In this document: positions 1 to 6,940 of the stretch, one piece after another
How the letters are laid out: each line of letters begins with the position of its first letter
Position numbering within the stretch: the first letter of the stretch is position 1
Origin: a candidate division WOR-3 bacterium
GTDB taxonomy: Bacteria > Hydrothermota > Tepidihabitantia > Tepidihabitantales > DTDR01
NCBI GenBank assembly: GCA_039801885.1
Contig: JBDRVN010000040.1
Span: 1-16,222 of the forward strand
Direction: 5' to 3'
DNA: 16,222 nt
Translations under genes and position numbers: made by a program
Notes under the pieces: generated by a model
What the model was told of the DNA's origin: nothing
Seen by the model: the letters and a program-made list of their open reading frames with translations, nothing else
The model's database searches: none

Positions 1-2
1 AT

Positions 3-848
3 TTAAGATGCGAACCTAATATATCTTTACGATATAATAATTATCCTTCAGAAAGAAGAGAGATAAAAAATTTGAATTCTCTAAGGAATGTCTATCAGGC
101 ATTGGAATACGAAATTGGGTATCAGAAAAGTTTATTAGAAAAAGGAGAAAAAGTAGTAAGGGCAACATTATTGTGGAATGAAAAAGAGAGAAGAACTGAG
201 ATAATGAGGGCAAAAGAAGAAGAGGAAGATTATCGTTATTTTCCTGAGCCAGATTTACCACCATTAATTATTAATGAAGAAGATATTTTAAGAATAAAAG
301 AAGAGATAAAAGAACTTCCCAAGGAAAGAAAAGAAAGATTAATAAGAGAATATAATATAAAAGAAGATTTCGCCGAGATAATTATTAGGGATAAAAATTT
401 ATGTGATTACTATGAAAACTTAATGAAATTGGTAAAAGATAAAAATTTGGCAACCAATTGGTTAATAAATGAAGTTTTAAGAATATTAAATGAGAAGAAT
501 ATTAAAATTAATGAATTTCCCTTGAAAATAGAGGAGCTTAGTTGTTTTTTAAATTTATTAAGGGATAACCGACTGCCAATGGGTAATATAAAAAAAATTT
601 TTTATGAACTGGTTGAAAAAAAGATTAGTATCAAAGATTTGGAAAACTTATCCTTAGAAAAAGAAAAAGATTTAGATAAGGTTATTAGCGAAGTTTTAGA
701 AAAAGAGAAAGAGGTTGTTGAGAAATATAAGAAAGGGAAAAAGGGAGTGATTGGTTATTTAATTGGTGAAGTAGTAAAAAGAATGGAAGGCAAAGTTGAC
801 CCAAGAGAAATAAGAGAGAGGGTAATTAAGATTTTAGAAAAAGATTGA
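3..848 (+). CDS. gatB: Asp-tRNA(Asn)/Glu-tRNA(Gln) amidotransferase subunit B, 5'-truncated by the window edge
   Basis: Frame is open from position 3 (LRCEPNISLR...REIKNLNS), before the ORF-track start at 72. Contains GatB motifs EIKNLNS and MRxKE...DYRYFPEPDLPP and a C-terminal Yqey-like tail (KYKKGKKGVIGYLIGEVVKRMEGKVDP). Confidence 0.97.
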   Translation, partial: LRCEPNISLRYNNYPSERREIKNLNSLRNVYQALEYEIGYQKSLLEKGEKVVRATLLWNEKERRTEIMRAKEEEEDYRYFPEPDLPPLIINEEDILRIKEEIKELPKERKERLIREYNIKEDFAEIIIRDKNLCDYYENLMKLVKDKNLATNWLINEVLRILNEKNIKINEFPLKIEELSCFLNLLRDNRLPMGNIKKIFYELVEKKISIKDLENLSLEKEKDLDKVISEVLEKEKEVVEKYKKGKKGVIGYLIGEVVKRMEGKVDPREIRERVIKILEKD

Positions 849-855
849 CATACTA

Positions 856-883
856 TTGATTTTTTGTTAATTTTATATATAAT
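856..883 (+). promoter_or_regulatory. Putative sigma70-type promoter for tRNA-Ala
   Basis: TTGATT (856-861), 16-bp spacer, TATAAT (878-883), 9 bp before the tRNA 5' end. Confidence 0.6.
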
Positions 884-892
884 ATTTTAATT

Positions 893-965
893 GGGGGTGT
901 AGCTCAGTTGGGAGAGCATCTGCTTTGCAAGCAGAAGGTCGGCGGTTCGAATCCGCTCACCTCCA
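893..965 (+). tRNA. tRNA-Ala (anticodon TGC), CCA not encoded
   Basis: Cloverleaf: acceptor stem GGGGGTG/CACCTCC with the G3:U70 alanine identity pair, D arm GCTC/GAGC, anticodon stem TCTGC/GCAGA with loop TT-TGC-AA (anticodon 926-928), T arm GGCGG-TTCGAAT-CCGCT, discriminator A965 followed by TTTT. Confidence 0.98.
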
Positions 966-968
966 TTT

Positions 969-1811
969 TTACTTTATTATTAAATTGATAATCCGATTCA
1001 AATCTTCCTCAGAATAATATTCAATAATAATTGTTCCGCCTTTTGTCTTTTGTAAAATATTTACCTTTGTGCCTAAGAAATTTTTTAACCTTTCTTCTAA
1101 ATCACTAACGAAGGGGTCTTTCTCTTCTTTTTTTATCTTCTTCTTTTTCTTTATTCCTAAGGAGGAGATTTTTGCTTCTAATTGTCTTACTGATAATCCT
1201 TCTTCTATTATCTTTTCTGCCCAATTTTCTTGGCTTTGCCTATCCGGTAAAGAAAGTAAAATTTTCGCATGACCGACACTAATTAGATTACTTGCTAAAT
1301 AATCTCTTACCTTTGGTGGCAGAGTCAGAAGCCTTAGGGCATTAGTAATTGTTGCCCGTTCTTTGCCTACCTTTTCTGCAACTTTATCATGGGTATAGTT
1401 AAACTCATCAATGAGACTTTTATAACCTAAGGCTTCTTCTATCGGATTTAAATCATCTCGGTGAAGGTTCTCAATTAGTGCCATTTCAATCATTTCCGGT
1501 TCACTCACATTTTTTACAATTACCGGCACCTCATTAAGTCCTACCATTTTAGCAGCCCTTAATCTTCTTTCTCCCATAATCAATTGATAACCTTCTCTTG
1601 TCCGACGGACAACCAAGGGCTGTAAGATTCCTTTTTCTCTTATAGAATTGGCTAATTCCTCTAAACTTTTCTCATCAATCAATTTTCTTGGCTGATAGGG
1701 ATTTGGTTTTATTTCATCAATTTTTAAATAAACTACTTCATTTTCTAATGCCTTTTTTGTATCTTCAGAAATCAGGGCACTAAGCCCTTTACCTAATGCT
1801 TTATGTTTCAT
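969..1811 (-). CDS. parB: Chromosome partitioning protein ParB/Spo0J
   Basis: N-terminal KALGKGLSALI ParA-interacting peptide, PNPYQPRK, CTP-binding GERRLRA, ENLHRDDLNPIEEA, HTH region. Overlaps the parA end and has an AGGAG RBS. Confidence 0.97.
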   Translation of the reverse strand: MKHKALGKGLSALISEDTKKALENEVVYLKIDEIKPNPYQPRKLIDEKSLEELANSIREKGILQPLVVRRTREGYQLIMGERRLRAAKMVGLNEVPVIVKNVSEPEMIEMALIENLHRDDLNPIEEALGYKSLIDEFNYTHDKVAEKVGKERATITNALRLLTLPPKVRDYLASNLISVGHAKILLSLPDRQSQENWAEKIIEEGLSVRQLEAKISSLGIKKKKKIKKEEKDPFVSDLEERLKNFLGTKVNILQKTKGGTIIIEYYSEEDLNRIINLIIK

Positions 1812-2580
1812 TTTTTCTCTCCTGGTGGTTTAAAATTTCACTTGCTAATTGGAGATAAGCCTGAGCACCTAAGGAAGTAATATCATATTGAAAGATTGTC
1901 TTACCAAAACTTGGGGCTTCTGCTAAACGGACACTACGGGGAATTACTGTTTGAAAAACTAAATCTTGAAAGAAATTTCTAAGTTCCTCTTCAACTTGCT
2001 TTGTTAAATTTAATCTTGGTTGATGCATCGTTATTAAAATGCCTTCAATTCTTAAATAGGAATTTAAATTTTTTTTAACTAAATTAATCGTATCTAAAAG
2101 TCGGGAAATTCCTTCTAAGGCATAATATTCCGGTTGAACAGGAATTAAAACGCTATCAGCCGCTGTTAAACCATTGATGGTTAAAATTCCTAAGGAAGGT
2201 GGACAATCAACAATGATAAAAGAATACTCCTCTCTAATTAAAGATAAATTAGTTTTTAGTAGAAATTCTTTCTCTTCAATAAAAGGAAGCTCTACTTCGC
2301 AACCAGCAAGGTCAATATTAGCCGGTAATAAGTCAAGATTTTCAAAGATATTATTGATAATAACTTCTTTAATATTGGCTTTTTTTAATAAAATATCATA
2401 AACAGAAAGTTTTAGATTTTTTTTATCAATCCCTAACCCTAAGGTAGCGTGGGCTTGGGGGTCTAAATCACAAAGTAATATTTTTTCTTTTCTCATTGAT
2501 AAAGCGGCTGATAGATTAATAGCAGTTGTGGTTTTACCAACGCCACCTTTTTGATTGGCAATCGCAATTATTTTCCCCAT
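1801..2580 (-). CDS. parA: Chromosome partitioning ATPase ParA/Soj
   Basis: Deviant Walker A NQKGGVGKTTT, DLDPQ, DCPPSLG, IPRSVRLAEAPSFG. Directly upstream of parB. Confidence 0.97.
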   Translation of the reverse strand: MGKIIAIANQKGGVGKTTTAINLSAALSMRKEKILLCDLDPQAHATLGLGIDKKNLKLSVYDILLKKANIKEVIINNIFENLDLLPANIDLAGCEVELPFIEEKEFLLKTNLSLIREEYSFIIVDCPPSLGILTINGLTAADSVLIPVQPEYYALEGISRLLDTINLVKKNLNSYLRIEGILITMHQPRLNLTKQVEEELRNFFQDLVFQTVIPRSVRLAEAPSFGKTIFQYDITSLGAQAYLQLASEILNHQERKNET

Positions 2581-2590
2581 CGTTAATTTT

Positions 2591-2618
2591 AATATAACGG
2601 AAATTTTAAATAAGTCAA
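2591..2618 (-). promoter_or_regulatory. Putative sigma70-type promoter of parAB (near-leaderless)
   Basis: Minus strand TTGACT (2618-2613), N16, TATATT (2596-2591), 10 nt, ATG. No Shine-Dalgarno. Confidence 0.55.
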
Positions 2619-2720
2619 TAAGAAAAAGAGAGTATAAAGCCAGAAGAAAACTTAATAATAAATATCTTATAAACCTTTATTTACTTTAAAAAACTTATAT
2701 TTAAAATTTATTATGCCCTC

Positions 2721-2948
2721 AATTCTTATCATAATTTATTATATTTTTCTTTGCTATCTTCTTATCAATAATAAAAATTAGTTACTATACTATCTCCTAT
2801 ACTGCTCCCTTTATAATAGAAACTAAAGCCCTCCTGTCTTATTAAAGTAATGCTAAAAAGATATTTAAAAGGATTACTTATTTACCTTTTAAGAGAAGAA
2901 AATACAACTCCTTTAATGCCCCCTTTTTTAATTTCTTTTTTACTATTT
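2721..2948. repeat. Degenerate ~12-bp-periodic tract in the intergenic region
   Basis: Consecutive 12-mers from 2721: aattCTtatcat, aatttattatat, ttttCTttgcta, tcttCTtatcaa, taataaaaatta, gttaCTatacta, tctcCTatactg, ctccCTttataa (6 of 8 share CT in phase). Further 12-spaced pairs: ctaaaaagat/ttaaaaggat (2853/2865) and ctttttta (2923/2935). Confidence 0.35.
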
Positions 2949-2984
2949 CTTTCTTAATCAGTGATTCCATATCCTTTAGTTTTC

Positions 2985-3347
2985 TCATAAGATAATACCA
3001 AAAAGGTCAATCCTTAATTTTTCCATTATCTCTTTATTTAAGCCTTTTGCTTCCCATTTACTTTCAGTAGTCGCAACAAGTTTATAAAGCATAATGCCCG
3101 AATATTTATTAGTAAGCCGCCAGATTTCCTTAACATAAGAGAAATAATATAGATATTGGGTAGGTATTGTTTCCGGATGGGTATCTAAGATTGTCTTTAT
3201 TTTATTATCTAAGGCAGCGAGTTCTTGGTATTTTTTGATAGCATTCTCAATCATCTGCTCCTTTAATTTCTCATATCTTTCTTTAATAATTTCTGGTTCT
3301 AATTTAGCGATATACTTATTAATTCTTTGATAGGCGTTTCTTACCAT
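2985..3347 (-). CDS. 120-aa alpha-helical protein resembling the SIRV2-type (Adnaviria) DNA-wrapping major capsid protein
   Basis: Strong RBS AAGGAGGAG (3359-3351). N-terminal R-x3-QR-x2-K-x2-AK and central Y-x2-[FY]-x3-[IV]-x-R-x2-N-[KR]-x1-2-SG-x2-L patterns match the rudiviral MCP as recalled from memory. The CDS itself is well supported; the family call is a by-eye alignment. Confidence 0.75.
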   Translation of the reverse strand: MVRNAYQRINKYIAKLEPEIIKERYEKLKEQMIENAIKKYQELAALDNKIKTILDTHPETIPTQYLYYFSYVKEIWRLTNKYSGIMLYKLVATTESKWEAKGLNKEIMEKLRIDLFGIIL

Positions 3348-3383
3348 AAACTCCTCCTTTTTGTTTATTTTTCTTCTATATAT

Positions 3384-3411
3384 ATAACGAAAAAGAGGGG
3401 CAAAAGGTTAC
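3384..3411 (-). promoter_or_regulatory. Putative ECF-sigma-type promoter for the 120-aa gene
   Basis: Minus strand GTAACC (3411-3406), N16, CGTTAT (3389-3384). Fits the AAC...CGT architecture of ECF promoters. No good sigma70 match nearby. Confidence 0.5.
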
Positions 3412-3470
3412 TACTTTTTTTAATTCAAATTGCGACAAATTAGGATTCCTTAAAAATATTTTTATTTAAA

Positions 3471-3498
3471 TTGACTTTAAAATAATTTTTAATATAAT
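3471..3498 (+). promoter_or_regulatory. Sigma70-type promoter of rplF (leaderless)
   Basis: TTGACT (3471-3476), N16, TATAAT (3493-3498), 7 nt, ATG at 3506. No SD. Confidence 0.75.
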
Positions 3499-3505
3499 TT
3501 ATACT

Positions 3506-4075
3506 ATGCCAATTGGTAAACGACCAATAACGATACCGGCAAATGCGAAAGTAGAGTTGAAAGATAGCGAGATTTTTGTTTCCGGTCCTTTGGGGCAGTT
3601 GAATATGAAAATTCATCCGCAGGTTGATGTTATTTTGGATAACAATCAGATTATCGTGAAAGAGAAATCTCCTAAAGCAAAAAATTTTCGGGGTTTAATG
3701 TGGGCTTTGATAAATAATATGATAATTGGTGTTACTAAAGGGTTTGAGAAAATATTGGAAGTAAGAGGACAGGGTTATCGAGTACAAAAAACTAAAGAAG
3801 GTATTCAACTTTTTGTAGGCTTTTCCCATCCAGTAAACTTTTCGATACCACAAGGGATTGATGTTGATATAAGGCAGGCGCCCAATCCGGACGATCCAAA
3901 AACACCGTTAATTGAAATTGTTGTTAAAGGAATTGATAAGTATCTGGTGGGTCAAGTAGCGGCCAATATTAGAAGGATTAAACTACCGGATAGTTATAAA
4001 GGAAAAGGGATAAGATATAAAGGTGAAATAATAAAACTAAAACCTGGGAAAAAAGCAGTTTCTACTACTACTTAA
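3506..4075 (+). CDS. rplF: 50S ribosomal protein L6 (uL6), stand-alone
   Basis: IGKRPITIP, VSGPLG, ALINNMIIGVTKGFEKILEVRGQGYR, VGFSHPV, VGQVAANIR, PDSYKGKGIRYKGE, KPGK motifs. Confidence 0.97.
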   Translation: MPIGKRPITIPANAKVELKDSEIFVSGPLGQLNMKIHPQVDVILDNNQIIVKEKSPKAKNFRGLMWALINNMIIGVTKGFEKILEVRGQGYRVQKTKEGIQLFVGFSHPVNFSIPQGIDVDIRQAPNPDDPKTPLIEIVVKGIDKYLVGQVAANIRRIKLPDSYKGKGIRYKGEIIKLKPGKKAVSTTT

Positions 4076-4087
4076 TTTATTAAAAAT

Positions 4088-4834
4088 TTATCCCATTAAA
4101 AGTCCGCCATCAATTCTAATTATTTGGCCGGTAATATAACTTGCCATTTCACTACATAAAAATAAGCAAAGATAAGCAACTTCTTCTGGTTTGCCAAATC
4201 TTTTTAAAGGAATTATTGATAAATACTTCTCTTTAATTTCTGATTTTAAACTTTCCGTCATCGGTGTTTCAATAAAACCAGGAGCAATAGCATTTACTGT
4301 AATATTTTTACCGGCAACTTCTTTGGCAACACTTTTAGTAAAGCCAATAATCCCGGCTTTAGCTGCTGCGTAATTGGTTTGACCAACATTCCCCATTTCA
4401 CCAATTACGGAAGCAATATTTACTATCCTTCCCCAACGTTTCTCTAAAAGATAGGGTAAAACTGCTTTTGTGAAATTAAAAGTGCCTTTCAAATTGACAT
4501 CAATTACTTTTTGGAAATCCTCTTCTTCCATCTTTATTAAGAGCTTATCCCGGACAATTCCCGCATTGTTGATAAGAATGTCGATACCGGAAAAGTCTTG
4601 GGCAATCTTTTTGACGACTTCTTTCACTTCCTGGTAATTACTTACATCCACTTTGTAGGGAAGGCTTTTTCCACCAATGATTTCTAACTCTTTGGCAGTT
4701 AACTGGATAGTTTCTTCATTAATATCGCAAACCGCAATAAAGGCTTCCAATTCCGCAAATTTTTTGGCAATGGCTTTACCAATTCCTTGTCCTGCTCCAG
4801 TAATAATTATTCTTTTCTCTTTGAAGTTGAACAT
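4088..4834 (-). CDS. fabG: 3-oxoacyl-[ACP] reductase (SDR family)
   Basis: TGAGQGIG Rossmann motif, NNAGIVRD, GNVGQTNYAAAKAG (YxxxK), VNAIAPGFIET, YITGQIIRIDGG. RBS AAGGAG. Confidence 0.9.
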   Translation of the reverse strand: MFNFKEKRIIITGAGQGIGKAIAKKFAELEAFIAVCDINEETIQLTAKELEIIGGKSLPYKVDVSNYQEVKEVVKKIAQDFSGIDILINNAGIVRDKLLIKMEEEDFQKVIDVNLKGTFNFTKAVLPYLLEKRWGRIVNIASVIGEMGNVGQTNYAAAKAGIIGFTKSVAKEVAGKNITVNAIAPGFIETPMTESLKSEIKEKYLSIIPLKRFGKPEEVAYLCLFLCSEMASYITGQIIRIDGGLLMG

Positions 4835-4858
4835 ACTAACTCCTTTTTTGTTTGATAT

Positions 4859-6532
4859 TTATTTGATAATTGTAATAAATCCTTTTTTTCTTTCAACAAT
4901 TCCTTCGCTTTCTAATTCAATTAAATAAAGATAAATCCCTGTTACTACTTCTTTTCCTTTCTTATTTTTCATATCCCAAAATCCACTCCTTCTTTCTGGT
5001 TTTATCTCTTGGGGAATTTCTTTTAATTCTCTAACTAAACGACCATCTAAGGTAAAAATTTTTATTTTAAAGGAAGGATATTTATCTTTTAATTTTGTTG
5101 TATCACTTGGTTCATAAGTAATTATTAGATAAGAATAGGAATTCTCTTTAGAAATAAAAGGATTGGGATAGGCATAGACCTTACCTAAAAATAAAGGCTT
5201 TATTTCAATATCACAATAGATTAGGTTATTTAGATATTTAATATTATAAATTTTTACTCCACTGGGAGTTTTGTCATAAAAATTGGTTGTTGGGGTAGTT
5301 AAGTCGCTTACTCCCAATGTATCATTTTGCCAAAAATCATTCGCACTACCTAAATCTTTTAACAAATATCCTTCTTCTCGATCTCCTTGTAAAATTCCCA
5401 CCAGAGGTTCTTTTTCATTATCATTATTACTTTTTTCTTCATTTATATGATAAATTAATAAACCTTCATTAGGTAGTGAGCTATCAAAGCCGACTTTTCT
5501 TCGGTTTTCTAAAAGAAAATATTCGCCTTTTCCCGTTTTATTAAAAAACCAGTCTTTTATAGAATTGGGATTTTCTAAAATTCTTATTCCGTAAGAAGAA
5601 ATAGTAGAAGAGGAGATGGGAAGTTCTTTTACTTCTTTTAGATAATTCTTTTGAATAGAATCCGGTTCTAACCAGCCTAAAAGATATTTACACCAAAGAG
5701 AGAGATGGGTGGGTGAAGAGCCATACGGTTCGTATTCATTTTTCCTTGCCCAACCACCACTCGCCATTAAACAAAAAATTCCTAAACCATAAGTGGAATA
5801 ATCGGTGTCATATAAATCCGGTAATCCTAAAAGATGACCAAATTCGTGAGCAAAAACACCGATTGTGATAAAAGAACCGTTTTTAAACCTTTCCGGTTGA
5901 ATAGTATAAAGATTAATATAAACACCATCATCAGTTAAATAGGGACCTGGTGAGCCAGCATTTTGATCGCTAAGTTCCCATTTGTGGGACCAGATATCAT
6001 TTTTATCTTGGGTTTCTTCAGCACCTGGTCCGCTATGGACAATTATTAAATTGTCAACATAACCGTCGTTATCTTCGTCGTATTCTCGAAAATTAATATA
6101 AGAATCGCAGATTTTTATTAAATCGATTACTAAGCCTTGGGAGTTATGGGGATAATTTCCGTAAATTCCGTAATTAGAATCAACATAATAATGATAATTG
6201 TTGTTTAAATGAAACCACCCAAAAACCTCACCGGTGATAATTAAATTTCCATAAGAAACTTCATAATAATAATCTTTTAAAGAATTATTATTTTCCTTAA
6301 AAAAAAGACGATAAAAATTTTCTTTTTCGTAACGATAAGATTGATCAGGGAAATCGACCAAAAGGATGATTAATTTTTTTATTCCGGTTGTTTTTTTAAC
6401 AATTGTTGGTTTTTCAATCTGATAGGGAAATTTTATTTTTACTTTTGGCTCAATCCTTTTTTCATATAAGAATAGGGGAGGCATTGAAAATAGAAAATTA
6501 AATAGAAAGAAAAAAAGAGGAAAACGGGACAA
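4859..6532 (-). CDS. Secreted M6-family (immune inhibitor A-like) zinc metalloprotease with C-terminal Ig/T9SS-like sorting domain
   Basis: TTG start with hydrophobic signal peptide. LLVDFPD, DYYYEVSYG, IWSHKW, HEFGHLLGLPDLYD, CLMASGGW, EYFLLENR, GLLIYHI. Tail YPNPF...KIFTLDGRLVREL...WD...GIY...ITIIK. Confidence 0.9.
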   Translation of the reverse strand: MSRFPLFFFLFNFLFSMPPLFLYEKRIEPKVKIKFPYQIEKPTIVKKTTGIKKLIILLVDFPDQSYRYEKENFYRLFFKENNNSLKDYYYEVSYGNLIITGEVFGWFHLNNNYHYYVDSNYGIYGNYPHNSQGLVIDLIKICDSYINFREYDEDNDGYVDNLIIVHSGPGAEETQDKNDIWSHKWELSDQNAGSPGPYLTDDGVYINLYTIQPERFKNGSFITIGVFAHEFGHLLGLPDLYDTDYSTYGLGIFCLMASGGWARKNEYEPYGSSPTHLSLWCKYLLGWLEPDSIQKNYLKEVKELPISSSTISSYGIRILENPNSIKDWFFNKTGKGEYFLLENRRKVGFDSSLPNEGLLIYHINEEKSNNDNEKEPLVGILQGDREEGYLLKDLGSANDFWQNDTLGVSDLTTPTTNFYDKTPSGVKIYNIKYLNNLIYCDIEIKPLFLGKVYAYPNPFISKENSYSYLIITYEPSDTTKLKDKYPSFKIKIFTLDGRLVRELKEIPQEIKPERRSGFWDMKNKKGKEVVTGIYLYLIELESEGIVERKKGFITIIK

Positions 6533-6537
6533 AAGAT

Positions 6538-6936
6538 TTATGCTTCTTTGGGAATTTCTTTTGGTTTTAAAAGCTCCTTAATTTTATTCAAAAGTTCTTG
6601 GCTATTTAATGGTTTTGTTAGATAAAAATCGGCTCCCATTTCTAAACCTCTTTCTTTATCTTCCGGATTTGTTCGCGCGGTTGCCATAATTAAGGGAATT
6701 TTTCTGTACTGTTCACTAAATTTTAAAAGACGACAGACAGTATAGCCATCAAGTTTGGGTAGCATCAGATCTAAGATAATTAAATCTACTTTATGTTGTC
6801 TCGCCAGGTTTAATGCCTCTAAGCCATCACTGGCCGTGATTACTTGATAGCCGGCATTTTCTAACTGATATTTTAAAAGTTCTCTTAAATTTTCTTCATC
6901 TTCCACTAATAAAATTTTGTATTTCTTTTCACTCAT
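6538..6936 (-). CDS. Single-domain response regulator (receiver only)
   Basis: KILLVEDE, DLIILDLMLPKLDG (phospho-acceptor Asp), MATA, GADFYLTKP. No output domain. Confidence 0.93.
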   Translation of the reverse strand: MSEKKYKILLVEDEENLRELLKYQLENAGYQVITASDGLEALNLARQHKVDLIILDLMLPKLDGYTVCRLLKFSEQYRKIPLIMATARTNPEDKERGLEMGADFYLTKPLNSQELLNKIKELLKPKEIPKEA

Positions 6937-6940
6937 AATT

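Noticed and set aside
16-264. 82-aa minus-strand ORF
   Set aside because: Antisense shadow of gatB with no recognisable motifs.
845-850. Perfect TTGACA overlapping the gatB stop codon as the tRNA -35
   Set aside because: It is 27 bp from TATAAT. TTGATT at 856 gives a better spacing.
1069-2401. Plus-strand ORFs 1069-1272 and 2174-2401
   Set aside because: Antisense shadows of parB and parA; the Phe/Ser-rich composition mirrors Lys/Glu codons.
2581-2984. oriC or parS in the long intergenic region upstream of parA
   Set aside because: No TTATCCACA DnaA-box cluster and no TGTTTCACGTGAAACA palindrome found. TGTTTCA at 1804-1810 is only a half site at the parB start.
2721-2984. CRISPR array or structured ncRNA
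   Set aside because: No conserved 23-47 bp repeats with unique spacers and no stable GC-rich stems.
893-3505. Provirus or integrative element inserted at tRNA-Ala carrying parAB and the capsid-like gene
   Set aside because: No duplicated tRNA 3' end, integrase or replication gene seen. ParA and ParB look like chromosomal Soj/Spo0J.
4191-4928. Plus-strand ORFs 4191-4373 and 4677-4928
   Set aside because: Antisense to fabG and the protease end; no RBS or family signal.
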